A program made the translations under genes and the position numbers. A DNA stretch of 64,000 nucleotides, from the NCBI GenBank assembly GCA_027604505.1, contig JADIIX010000035.1, forward strand, positions 1 through 64,000. The letters run 5' to 3'. The notes beneath the pieces are model-generated. The model was not told where the DNA came from. It worked only from the letters and a program-made list of their open reading frames with translations, and did not search any database. This document shows, one piece after another, positions 50,270-62,939 of this stretch (position 1 is the first letter of the stretch; the number at the start of each line of letters is the position of its first letter). Source of the stretch: Gonapodya sp. JEL0774 (Eukaryota).

Positions 50270-51829
50270 CCGATAAGGTGGGAAAACTGTGGGAGGAAAC
50301 GAAGGGGTGCCGGTGAGTTGCTGGGAGGGTCGAGCCGAGTGAGCGAGGGCCGCGCGAGCATTTGCGAGCGTCTGAGCAAGCGCCTGCGAGATAGTGCGCG
50401 CTAGCCCCGCGGGGAGAGAGAGAGGGCCATATGGTTCACATGGGTTGGATGGCGCGTAAAGGTCCTACGGACAAGTTGACCCATTGGCTTATGAACCTTG
50501 GTGCGAGAGAGAGAGGGGTCCATATTGGACCAGTTGACCCATATCGGGTCCGAGCGCTTATGAAGAGCGTGTGTGCGGGTTAAGTTTTCCTTGGTGTGCC
50601 GTCCCTCACCCATCACCCCCCCGAGAATGTCTCTTCTTTGTTAGCCGAATACCTCCACACCACCTTCTGTTCGGACCTCGTACTCGTCTCGTACCCTTCT
50701 GACCTCGCTTACCCGCAGCTCACCCTTCCATCTTCCACTTACTCCGCCTTTCCAAAATTGAAACCGCAACCAAACCAAGGGGGACGGGGACGGGGATGAT
50801 GCTGCCACAAACATCAAGAGGGACACGGAGATGGACAGAGATGTCCTCGACCACCTCATCGCCTACGACAAGAAGATGGAACAGGTGGCGTTCGAGGGAA
50901 TGTAGTTTTCGTGTGGAGTGCGCTTTAATGTGGGTTTGTGGGGGTGGGGGTGGTGGAGAGGTGACGGTTGTGATGTGGTGTTGTTATGCTATATCGGACC
51001 AGGGTCGTGCACGTCCTCCCTTCCGGTGCTCTCCCTCCCCCTCTCCCTCTCCACACTCCCGCCATCCTCCCAACCACCAATCCACCCACTCTACTCCACT
51101 CACTCGCACCACCCTCTCTCTGTGCTTGTGTTTCCAGGAACTCCACGAGTTGGCGTGTATAAGGTTCAACTTGTGCAGCCAAGTGTTTTGGTACGTTGTG
51201 GGTGGGGGTTGTGAGCGAGCGTGGGGGTGGCGTAGGGGCGGTTGGGGGTTGACAGCGCTCGGTGTTGGTGGGGTAGTCTGGGGTTGAGTGTTCATCAGAC
51301 GACAGGCGAGTCTCTATGCAGATGGACTCTTCGCTTCGCCGAGTCATATTTTCTCCGCAGAATGCCATACTGTAATTCAATATACGTTACATTGGACTTG
51401 ACTGTCTCTGGGGTTTGTGTTCCCTGTTTGTGGCCGGCGAACAAGGTGGATAGTGAATGCAATTGTGGATTTCTGTACTATATCAACACGGACATAAATC
51501 ATAAGAAGCACCAAAATCGCCACTAATACAATGAGACCGTGTGAATGGAGAGCAACAACTTGGCTCTTGATCGTCGTCGGAACACGCTTCCAAGAGCTCG
51601 TGATCTGGCCCCTTGTACATGGGTACGTGGGTACTGGTATCGCGGTAAAAGTGCAGACACTCAAGTCGCTGACCTTGTGTCGACCAGTTTGTTTTGGACC
51701 ACCACAAACTTTGAAAACCCCAGCCTGAATCAATCCAAATTAACCTGAATCAAACTCTTTCTATTCGGACGAATTTTGAAAACCACTTCTGCTGTTTCGC
51801 CTGAGTATGCGTTAAACTGTTTTTACGCG

Positions 51830-51971
51830 TGGACCCTTTACTGTAAGCATGTTACCAACTAAGGAAGCACCGGACTTCTAAACCGGAATTGCTGGCTTGG
51901 CCGACAGTAGGCTCTGCACAGATTCACAAATACAAAAAATGGACTCATATATAACGCGCTAAAAGGGTCCA
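51830..51971. repeat. 142-bp segment bounded by a perfect 10-bp inverted repeat (MITE-like)
   Basis: TGGACCCTTT ... AAAGGGTCCA; TTTACGCGTG lies on both sides. No clear TSD. Confidence 0.4.
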
Positions 51972-53378
51972 GTAGGTTAAATATTTACGCGTGACTTCGA
52001 GCATACGAAATATATGTCAGTACTGAAAGTGCATATATGTATTCCGTTCGAAAGGGAAAGTTTTCCCTTTCCTGTAGTGTCCAGGCGGGAGTGTACAAGG
52101 TGTCTAATCAGACTTGCGACGGAACTTGTCGCCTGCTCTGAACCAAAGTGTCACCTTCGGACTCCTCACTGACCAGAGTGATATCATATGAGCACATACA
52201 GTAGCGAATAGAAACGAAATAAACGTCCTTGCTCGCCCTTCTCACCTGACCAGAGTGTCGACAATCGTGGGGACCCTGGTCAGGTGCTGCGTCAAATGCC
52301 CCTAGCGGGTAAACTGCTTCTACCACTTGGGCCTAGCACTCCTCACGGTACCCCTACGGGGCAACACAAAGGGTTAAAAACCCGGAACAACACCGGCCCG
52401 GCCGGCGTACAAATTGAATTATATTTCCGAACATGTGCGTACCATTGTACCTGCAGTGCGTAGGTAATGTGAAGCTATGATTGTCCGAAGTATCAAAACC
52501 CCGGCTTCCCAAAGTTGGGAGACGACAACCGTGCACGCTAAAATATTTGTTACTGTATAAACCTTGCGGTTCTGCTGACCTATCCCCCCCTGTGGATTTC
52601 GTACGCAGATGTCAACCTCTCTATTGCTACCGATCACTCAAGACGTACTAATGATGTAGTAGTATACCGAGCAAGGCCGATGCCCGAGGTGGGAATCCGC
52701 CTCTGCGGCTTTGCGCACTGCACGGATCACCGGGATCATGGGTTGTGCACATGATCGTGCCCAACACAGCCAAAACTCCCTTCCAAACAGTATCTATTAA
52801 TACAGCACAAGATTGAACATTCGGATCGTGCACGCGGCCGTAGAGAATTACCCACCACACGATCGTCACCACGGGTTCAATTTGCGATCGCCCTCCAGAA
52901 GCGGGCATGGTGAACGGGTTCAATTGACGGCGAGCGGTATTTTGGTGCCGTTGTCATAACATCGCCTCATGCAGATATAAACAGAAGCAATCGTGGATAT
53001 TCGCTCAGTTTTTATTGCCGTGCTCACTATAGCTAGCCGATTTATTTGTGTTGTAAGTTTTGCGAATTGGGATGGAATCAACACCTGGTCTGTGTCCCAG
53101 GCAGAAGTAAAAGAAACTTGAAAACGTGCAAAGATGCTGCAAAGAATCCGCGAGGTTCTAAAATAACTGCGCCAAGCTGGGCTCCACCAGCTCTAGTTTC
53201 GTTGAAAACTACAGCAACTCCGGCTACCCCCAGACACCCCCGACCAAAAACCCAGCGTAGCCGAGCCATCCGCATTCACCATTCTACTCCCTCAGTCTTA
53301 CATCACCGCACGTAACGCTCCCAAAGAGAAAAATTCCAACTGCAACCGCCATCCAGTATTACGGTCCATTCACCGTCC

Positions 53379-54485
53379 TCAATCCTCATCGATGTCTTCA
53401 GCTGTGCCAAGCGAAGTTGCCGAAATAATAGTGTTGATTTCGTTGAGTTCATCGTCGTTGGGGTCGCTAAAAGCTTTAGGAGCTCGCAACGCGCGGTCAA
53501 TGCCAATGGCCATAACAAGATCCTTGCAGCCTCTGCAAACCAGTAGGCAGACGTTTAACAAGCAGGTAAGGAAAGGCGAAAAAGAGCAGGAATGGGAATC
53601 AAGCCCCAGAAGCAGTTCAAGGTACAATGCCTCCAGTACTCACGGTTTCACGTGAAATACAGCCAGAAGGCCCGCCATACTCGCCCGCGCCAGCCAGATC
53701 AAAGTAGCTACCCACGCCGTCCGGCCCTTCCTGGCTGAGCCCTGCGACGATGCACTGGCAGTGTTTGGTTGGTACATCCACAGCGCCATGAGCAAGGCGA
53801 GGACTTCCTCAGAGATGGTGAGGCTGCCGATTTGCAAAATTGGTGTAGATGGGGTTTCGATTGTGTGGCCCGCCAATTGTAAAGTACTTCGTGCTCGGTA
53901 GTTGATTGGAACGAACGAGACATCGAGTCCTTCAAGGAGACTGACGTTTCCGTAGACTCCGTTGACTACGCCTCTCATCCAACGCTTAAACTTCTCTAGG
54001 CCTCGCGGTAGCATGCTCTTGCTTCGAAAAACGATTTGGTTGAGGAGCAGGAAGTTGAGGTTGTTGGGAGCATGCTTGAGGAGAGTTTGCACGCTAAGTT
54101 CAAGAGCATTGCGAAGAACATAATTTTCGAATCCGACAGGACGTTGTACGTATTGTGCGAGTTGAGGGGAGTTGGCCATGGGACTGTGTCCAGCAAGGAC
54201 CTCGCATGCAATTCCGTACGCTTCGACGGTGAGATCCGGGGTGAGCAGGACACGCGGTACCTTTGTAGGTTTCTCTGCAACGAGGGCACCTGTCGCCATT
54301 GCGACGCAAATCTCAATTGAGAGGTCTCAATAACGCTTTACAGAAAATGTAGTACGAACGAGTTCTTCTAGGGACCACAGTTCTTCGCATTTTGCAGTCT
54401 ACCTGAAGCTGCGATCACGGAAACGACGAGGAATCAAGGCGATCGCTTCCTTTTCTCGCCTAAACTCGGTGAGTCTGGACGAAAT
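53379..54485 (-). pseudogene. Unknown gene, 5' part interrupted by stops
   Basis: The 219-aa ORF (53640-54299) extends upstream through two in-frame stops; a GTGAGT..TTGCAG intron joins an acidic last exon (..AEDIDED*). Confidence 0.45.
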
Positions 54486-56533
54486 TCATGACTATCACGC
54501 TGCTTTGCATCGGGGGACCTTGAGATCTCCTTCTCCGTGACTATCTACAGACTGATCAATGATTGCATTCGACAATTACAATTTACGAACGCGACTATTT
54601 TAGTAGCCAGCTCGCTCGCTTAGCAACGTGCTTGGGAGAAATTGCGGCTGGTTGAGCATTCTCTCCAATTCTTTGTAGTGAGTGTGTGTTCTGCAAGAAT
54701 AAGGGGTAGCCGAGGCTGCGACTGGTTGTACGACTGACAGTGCAGTATGTTGCACTTGGTGAAGTGCTTCTGGTTTGTCCGTCGTTATGTTTGGAGTTGT
54801 AGGGGTTCAAACACAAGATGGTAGGTTAGAGGGAAGGACGAAGCAACAGCAAAGGGGCCAACGCAGGGTGAGCGGACCTATGATATGCACCAACGAAAGA
54901 TTGGCAAGGGCTTGATCTGGTTCTACCACTTTGTCTTCCTAAAACGTGGTGCCTAAAACACCCACGCGCGTTTGCCTCCAACCCTGCTTCCTTGTGCCTT
55001 TCTAGTTCCCCATCGCACTCCACCAGCACATAGTCCACGCATTCATCTGCGCGTTGCCTCCTTCTGCCCATCTCCCGCCTCCCTTCCCGTTCCCAACCAC
55101 TCCAGCAAGCCAAATCCACCAACAAAACCAGGTTCCAGCGCCATTTAACTCTTCCTGACGACGCGCTGGACATATTCGGAGGCCATCAACGCCAGCACGG
55201 AGTACAAGCTGGACGAATTTTGCTCGGACAAAGGAGAGAAGCCGAGGTGGGTTCACGATGGAGATGATCCATCACCACACACGTCACCATCGAGTAAAGG
55301 CCTTCCCGCCTCACTCCAACTCACCATCATGGATGTCACAGACTCGATGCCAGTGAACAAGGGGTCGGTGATGTAGGCATTCTGTGGGGCCAGCTTGGGC
55401 GACTAGAAGGGTGGGGTGGGGACGACAGAGAGGGAGACGGAAGGCGGGAGGGGAGGAAAAGGGCAAGTGAGGTAGAGAGGAGTGGGCAAAAACCGAGTAA
55501 GCCGCGCTGGATGCGGAGAAGGTGAGGGGTGGGCTTGTGTTGGGGGAGCCGGACGGATTCCTCCACAATCTTGGCATACTCTCACATGCGTTTCTACTCT
55601 ACCGTTCGTTCTGCGTGATACTTGCAGAATGCAGGCTAGGCGTTGTTTCTTCGCATGTGGGGCTCACTTAGGAGGAGGAGAAGCACACGGATCTGATTCT
55701 GTGAGGGCAGGATTGTCAGACACAACGGACGCATTCGAAACCGACCAGGATGCGCGGTGGGGAGCCAAGATGGTGGCCGAGGACGAACTGAAGATTCGGC
55801 CGAGAAGCTCGAGAAGCTCCAGCTGGGGTTCCTCAATAAGCACAAGTTAAAACTCGTGTTTTGAACCGCTTGACCATTGCTCTTCCGTTGGACCGCAGTC
55901 GCCAAGTGACGCCCCATCCCGCATTACAAACATGAAATGTTGAGTTCGCGCAGTGATGGAAACATGTTCCCTCATGTGTGCGAGAGCAATGGGTATTGAC
56001 GGTTGTAGCGAAGCACCGTTTTGAGAGGATCGCGCGGTGCAAGGTGAGTGAGAGGCGTGGTTCTTTTGAGATGAGCATGGAGCAGAATAGGCTGGGCTGG
56101 GAGTCATTGAAGGAGTTTTGGATCCTCGGTGGCCTATTGATTCTCCCCATCTGTTCCAGGCTATCGTTGCTCCTTCTCACTCCAGGCCCCGTACCTCACC
56201 TGCCCCCTGAGACCTCGCTACTTCTGCGTCCCCTCATTCTTCCGCGCCGGTATGTGGTGTGGAAAGGCGGCCACCGTGGCCACCGTGGCCACGACAGGAA
56301 AGTGGTTAGGAGGGGAAACTGTGCGATGAAGCCGAGCCGCCGGGAAGGATGCGGCGAGGGCAGTACGGTCAAGGCGGGACGTACATAGTGGACAAGGAGC
56401 TGCGTGAAGAGCAGAAGCTTACAGTTGAGGAACGGACAACGATTTGTGAGACTTGGGAGATCGCAGGCGTTGACGCGTGAATAGCAATTCCCAGTTTGTT
56501 CGCCATGGGTTTGGAAATTGGTTGGTTGGAAGA

Positions 56534-57927
56534 ATGCTGGACACCGACACCAACGACGACGACATCGAATTGAACCCACAAAAGACAACGGCGGAACTAA
56601 ACCCTCAGCCCCGGAACCCGAAGAAGCCGCTGAGCTACACGGTGCCCGAGAACTGGATCTAGATGACTTGGACAATCCGAACGACTTAGAGAACATTGAG
56701 ATCAGCACAAATATGAAGAGGCAGCTTTTGGTGCCAGCAAATGGCGATCAGAGGGATTTTATCTTGTCTCTTCTTCATTTGGAGAAGGTTATGAGGATGT
56801 AAGTTGTCTTTCGCAAGGTTCCACGCGGACAGCTCCCCGCATGCGATATCAATCTCACGCTCCTACATGAAAATCATTTTTCGGTCGCTTCATGTAAGCC
56901 TTCGACTGAGACTGAAGTGAAGCGTGGGCAGACTGATGTCCAAAAACTTACTCGTGCCTTCCTCAATGATGCCAATTGCCACCGACCTCACAGCCGAGTT
57001 CTGAAATTCTCTCAAGGAGCCCCCTGAAAAAATTGTTAGGTGAGTTTGTGTTACCTCGAGGCGAATTCGTGGGAATGTCAGTCATCAACGTAGCGTTGAT
57101 TCAATTCAGATTTACCTCAAGCTCAGCACCGCACTCGAAATCCTCACTCAACGGTTGAGATCTATCAATGGCTCAGATGAAGTATAAGATAAGTACAAAA
57201 CTCAGCTGGAGCACCGAACCTATGTAACTCTGCATCAGTGCCCAGTGGCATTGAGGGATTCTCAGTGGGCCTCGTAAGTAAATAATGGCCTGCCTCTACT
57301 CATTTAATGGAACCGCTGACTGACCGCCTCCCCCTTCTTGCGATGAAAGACGACCCCATGTACGGCCAGCCCCGCCCGGTCGTTTCTGAACTCATCCACC
57401 GCCCGTCGATCTCGCGATTCATGCAGCGCTCGCGAAACGCCGGTGCCCTCCTCGACACTGCTTTCGATTGGATTGAGCGGAACGGGATCGAGGTTCACCC
57501 ACGCGGGCAAGATGGCTTGGCAGGTCATTGCTCTGGGGACGGAAGCGAGGTAGAGGTGCAGGAGGAGGCAAGGCACAAAAAGGAGAGAGAGAGAAGTGAC
57601 ACGGCGAGGAGTAACACGGCGAGGAGTAACAGTGGAGACGAAGAAGACGATGACGTTGCGGCTGAGGAAGACCTCGATCTAAATGGGAGATGCGGCAGTT
57701 AGTCCATAAAACAGGCCAACACCTTGCGAAGGTGAGTTTTGAGTCTTGGGTGAACATCTCCAGGTCTGGAATTTACTCGTTCGTGCTCCCGCTACAGAAT
57801 TTCGCTAAACACCGCCCCAACCATTCCTCTATTCTTTTATCGAATCTTTGATCCTGCGGCCAGGCCACGGAAACCGCGCCGAATAAGAAGGGGACGAGTT
57901 GCCCTTCCCGAGATGAATTCCGTTGGT
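56534..57927 (+). pseudogene. Degenerate multi-exon gene, family unknown
   Basis: Exon-like blocks with canonical donors (GTAAGT, GTGAGT) but internal stops and frameshifts; 15-bp tandem duplication ACACGGCGAGGAGTA at about 57599-57628. Confidence 0.4.
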
Positions 57928-58786
57928 GAGTGCACGATGCTTTTCATAAGCGGGATCCGAGCAATCATGATAAGATATTATGCGCTCAACCTCAATGATT
58001 CCACCTTTTCAGACTCTCCCGACAGTAAGTAAATTGTTCACCCGTCCAGCGAGATCGAAGTACGTCAAATCTTCCCGTCAGTCTGCCTCACCTATCTCAA
58101 CGGCAACATCCGAGGTTAGAGTCGGACTGCCGCACCCGTGCCAGTACCAGATCCAAAATAAAGTCTATTCGAAAGCTCGAAATTAGGGGAAACAAGATTC
58201 ATGGCCTAACCACCGTACCTTGCGTGGGGACCGTTGTAGGTCGATGCACTCGTGAACCGATCGATGCCAAGAACCGCCAAGGGTTGCCGGAAGACTGCCG
58301 CTCACATGGAAACAGTTTCGGTCGGCCAACTCGAAGTTAGCACCTAGGTGAATGGGGCTCAATTCTCATTTGCCTCGATTGGAAGTTGCGGGGCCGGAAA
58401 GGCGGCCGAGGAAAACCAAGTTGAAGCCAAGTTTTGTGGTTCGACAAGTGGGACTTGGAGGGGTGTTGCCACATTAGCAGCAGAAAGTATACAATGTCTG
58501 TGGTACCCCAAGGGAAGTCTGCGTGTTATGTCGCGGATGGTGAAGGAGCATCTCGTCGCGTAATTTAGTTCTAATCGTCAATCAATACAAACAGCGTTTT
58601 CGAGTCACCTATCCATCAGTCTACAAATTACCATCTGTTCCTCTGGGGAAGCTTTGATGTATCGTTCATACTAATGTATATAAATTTTGTTTTTGTGAGA
58701 TTTGGTGGGGAGAGTTCAGTCTGCTGGCCGGATGACGTCTTTCAGTCATCCACCTGTGCTTCCCCAACCACACATTTTCCAAAGAC

Positions 58787-59380
58787 ATGAGTGCACTGAC
58801 CAACTTCTCGCCCACAACCAAGAAAATCAAGCTCGCGGGACGCGAATTTCCCCTCCTATCATTACTGGTTCCGTCCCTGGAGTCATGTGAAGAGCTCGAG
58901 GCCCTCGCCGTCGAACAATGCGCAATGATAGACCTGGATTCGAAGGTCCCTCCCTTCCGCCATTTAAAACGTCTCTCTTTGAAGGGTAATCTTTTGTCTG
59001 GTGGCCTCGAATCACTCACAGAGTTGAAGCACTTGGAAGTGCTGGACCTCTCCGACAAGTGAGTTTGAGGTGATCGCAGTTGAGGATCTCAATCAATTAG
59101 GATATTCACGTCAGTCAGAAAGCTGAAAAGTTAATGGCAATTTCTTGAAGTGGAGGTACTTCTGGGTTGAATTGGCCGACATTGAGCCTTCGGGGTCATT
59201 GTATGGTTCGTGCAGTGTAACTGGCCTGTCAGAAAAAAGTACCGATGTGGGTCAGATAAAAGACTTAAGGGGGTCAGGTAAAAGTATTTTCCTCCCCACC
59301 ATTTACTTGGGTCACAACACCATCACCAGAGGGTTGGACTTGATGGGATCGTTTGGACGGAAACCACACCCCGAGCCACA
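58787..59380 (+). pseudogene. ANP32-type leucine-rich-repeat gene, probably degenerate after exon 1
   Basis: PPFRHLKRLSLKGNLLSGGLESLTELKHLEVLDLSD resembles ANP32 ([21 protein letters not shown]). Downstream remnants ELADIEP and RLDG do not splice cleanly. Confidence 0.55.
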
Positions 59381-59611
59381 CATGTGTCTTCAGCCAAAGA
59401 AGGGATGCCGTCTTCCAAGATTTTATGACCGGCATTCTTTGTGCGTATGTACTCCAAGAAGGGGAACCCCCCCTTGCCATAGGCTGAATACCCCATATCC
59501 AACGACCTCTCCCGGCTGAACCTGAGGCAGCGCGGAGGAATCCCAATCTTCCCATCACAGATTGATTGTCATTCAAACCCTCCTGAAACCTCACAATTTT
59601 TCACTACATCC

Positions 59612-60499
59612 ATGACGGTGGAATCCTCTCTTTCCAGAAAAGTTCCAACGGGTCCTGCAAGTGGATTCCGCCCGATTGCGGACTTTCAGACTTCTCCATT
59701 TTTGGAGCACACAGGACCGTTTTACTTCAGATTGAAGCATAGGATAGATGATGAGAGTATACAGCTCGTTATTGGCATGCGGTGAGCACGCCAGGAATGG
59801 GTCTAATGCTGCTGCTGCAGAATGTTTCATCTGGCCCGGCCAACTTAGGATCCTCCCCCACCACTTAAACTCCCGAGGCGGGGTACATGGTGGTCTTTTC
59901 TCCACAATGGCCGACGTTTGCCACGGATACCAGATGTCGATATCCTTAAATGGCTTGCCACAGAAGGTTTCTGTTGACTTCGGAGTGGGAGGGAGACACC
60001 TTCCGAGCGAGGCACGGAGAGGCGAAAACGAGGGGGCGACTTCCAAGGAAAGGCTGACTACCTCGTCGATGACTCTGGACTTTGTAGGTAACGCTAAACT
60101 GGGAGATTGGGTGGAGGTATGCTGCAAGTTCTTATGACGTCGCCATTCTAAATAGATTTTGTGCTGATGAGAGTCCGTCCTCGTAGGGATACGTGGACGT
60201 CCAGAAGATTGGAGGATCTATGGTACGGCTTCCAGCGGGTGAAGAACACGCGTGCCGAGGGGACGTTTAACCTCCACCTTGATCAGGCCTTCTCCAACCT
60301 ATACCTCTGCCGAATCCCGGCCGAGCTAGAAGGGTTGGACATGCGTTTCTCTGAGTCCAGCGAGGGAGATCTACGTATTCCCCACGGGGTCAAGGGCTCG
60401 CCAACGTATGGGTTCGGAGAACGGATTATCAGAGCGAGCGCCATCTTCTTCCGAAGTGCCAGTGCTCGAGGCGGCACCAGCAAGGCTGCAAAGATGTAG
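59612..60499 (+). CDS. PaaI-type hotdog thioesterase with PTS1-like C-terminus (AKM)
   Basis: Spliced SPFLEHTGPFY..VIGMRILPHHLNSRGGVHGGLFSTMAD..TSSMTLDFVGNAKLGDWVEGYVDVQKIGGSMAFSN..IIRASAIF..AAKM*. Confidence 0.9.
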
Positions 60500-61263
60500 A
60501 AGGTACAGTCGCATGCAGAAACAATGTTCTATGTGGAGGATGTTACTCAATCAAACGCGGTACATCCGCTCAACCGTGATCGCGCTTCAATCCGAAGGGA
60601 GGGCCTTGAATGGCAAAGCCCGCTCCTTGCACTTGAAGTGCCAAAAAAGAAATAGTGCAATGTACAGGGCACCGTTGACAACTCTTTTCCACTCTGTACC
60701 GCAAACCCAAGCAACCCAGGAGCTTCGTCTGGCTCTTGTTTTGGTCCTGGTGGTCCTGGGCGCGTGTTCACGGTTTACCTTGTTCTTCTTGGGCCAGTGA
60801 TCGCCATTGGGCATTTTCGGAAGCCTGATGTCCGAATCCTCCCAGTCGTCGTCAGATGGGACGTGGCTGAGTGCTGGGGATGAGCAGCAGTGGCACCGGC
60901 ATGAGGTGCAACTCTCATTGTGTGTGGTCCTTGAGTGTAGTTCACAGATATAGTACGCACAATTCAGCCACCCCTGTCTCTAAAATTGTGGAGAGCTTGA
61001 TACGTGTGCTGAAGTGCAGTTATGATGACGAATACCGTACACTCCTCGTCACTAGATATAGGCTAATGGGTGCCAACGTCATCTGGATGCATCCCGCAAC
61101 ACTTTCTGCTGTCTGCACCCTAACGGAGAATTTGACGCAGACGAGCTGTTGATATTGGTACAGATACGATTCAGGTATATGGTTGCTGATGAAATTAGCC
61201 TAAATCCATCAGTACCTGTAGAGGCCCCAACACACCCACACCAGCAACTCCACTTGTTCCAAG

Positions 61264-62939
61264 ATGCGACCTCTCCGAAAATCCGCCGCTGCTGCCTCGA
61301 AACGCATCGCCATGCAGCTTGATGCAGCTGAAACGGATGATTTTGGGGCTCCTGAGAACGAAACCTGTGTTCTTGGGGACCGTGAGAATCCGGTCACAGT
61401 CGAACCAGCCGCCCCCCCTGAGGCAGTCATGGTCGTCCCGAAGATCGCTTCCCTCCTAACCATGCCTCTTGAGGTGCTGGAGAAGATCGTTGCGTGAGTT
61501 CTGGTCTCTACGGGGTCTGTTGAACGAGTGGGGCCAGTCCGCGAATCCACCATCAACTTCCACCGCAGGTACTTGAAGAAAGCCCCCAGCCTTGTTGCCC
61601 GACTTGCTCTCTTGAACAAGAATATGTACTTTCTCGTTGGTGGCATGCAGTTTTGGAGGATCATCGCGACCGTGAGTGTTTCGGCAACCGAGGATGCAGT
61701 CCGGAGATGACGATGGAGCCACAGTGGAATGTTCACGTCAAGGCTTACAAGCAACCATGGCCCTGTAGGAGATGCATCTCACTCCTTCGAACCCGAACGC
61801 TCGCAAGTACAGGACGTGGCTCGCGGTTGTGGGAAAGAAAGGGTGAGTCTTGGCACGTACTGTCTCGTGGGTCCTGTGTAAGGGGCACTTTATCTATTCG
61901 TCCAATACTTGCAATGAAAATTCTCACCGTTTGATTTGCTCCCTTATATTGCTCATTCGCCCCGATTGTCCCACCACGGATGCTCCGCTCTCCCTTTCTT
62001 CACACACGTCACTCCTCGCTGCATACGCACCAATGTCCTCCTTTTCCAGCCCTAACCTCTGTCACTGGTGCTACAAGACATTCCCCAAGTCGGACTTGCT
62101 CAAATTCGGTTTCAAGGCCGACTATGTGAGACTCTGTGGACCATGCAGAGCCGTCAAGTGGAGAGACGAGAAAAACAAAATGCAGAGGAAGCAAGAGGCA
62201 GCGGCTGCAGCAGCAGCGATTGCTGCGGTAGTTGCTGTCGCCGAAGGAGACGTTATCGCATCCGCCACTTCTTCCACCACCTCGGCGACTGGTCAAGAGG
62301 CGACTGCCACCGCAAGTACCGCAGCCCGCGTGAAGAAGGCTAAAGCAGGGCCTGATCCATACAACATCAATAAGCAAACTGCAAAGGAGCTCTATTGTCT
62401 CAGTGAAGCCGATATGGCCCGGTTCGTGAGTAGCGCCAGAGTCACTTAGTGCGATACTAGAAAGAGACCTCTCATGTTCCTCCTTCACCGTACACCAGCC
62501 CCATTGCACGACTTACCACGAATCGGGTCGATCGTACTACGAGCGGGTCTGGGTCGAGGTGAGCTGGGCGTGGGAAAACATGTGTAGCAATCACTAACTC
62601 CGATCCTGTGGGTCTCAAAGTACCTCTACCGACGCAGCGAAATCCTTGAGTATGCGCGTACAAAGTGGGGAGGAGACGGAGGAATCGCGGTGGGTTACTG
62701 TGCTGTCTCGAGTTGCTTATCGCTACCCATTCACCGCTTGTCATTTCTCGGCGCGGAACTCCATTTCACACCGACCCGGGCACGGTTCCAAACCATTCTT
62801 CACCCAGGCTCGCTGCAGGGACCGCGCCTGTCGTCGTGGGGAGAGGATTCAAAGGAAGATGGATCGTGAGGTTGAACCGGCGGTGGAAGCAGAAGGAGAG
62901 GAGGTGAGACCAGAAGACATGGAAGTGGTAGCTGTGTGA
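61264..62939 (+). CDS. F-box + XPA-like zinc finger + XPA_C-like protein, paralog B (intact, 7 exons)
   Basis: LLTMPLEVLEKIVAYL..VARLALLNK, LCHWC..LCGPC, INKQTAKELYCLSEADM, YLYRRSEILEYARTKWGGDGGIAAR; all introns GT-AG. Confidence 0.85.

Noticed and set aside
50270..50312. Degenerate Zn2Cys6-like start (IRWENCGRKRR)
   Set aside because: Only one Cys, preceded by a stop, and no second half of the cluster.
52708..52717. U4 snRNA-like 5' end (GCTTTGCGCA)
   Set aside because: No downstream TGCTRRTT stem-I sequence, K-turn or Sm site at the expected spacing.
60164..60200. Hammerhead-like CTGATGA..GTCC..GGAC
   Set aside because: No GAAA after stem II; the sequence is an intron branch/acceptor region of the thioesterase gene.
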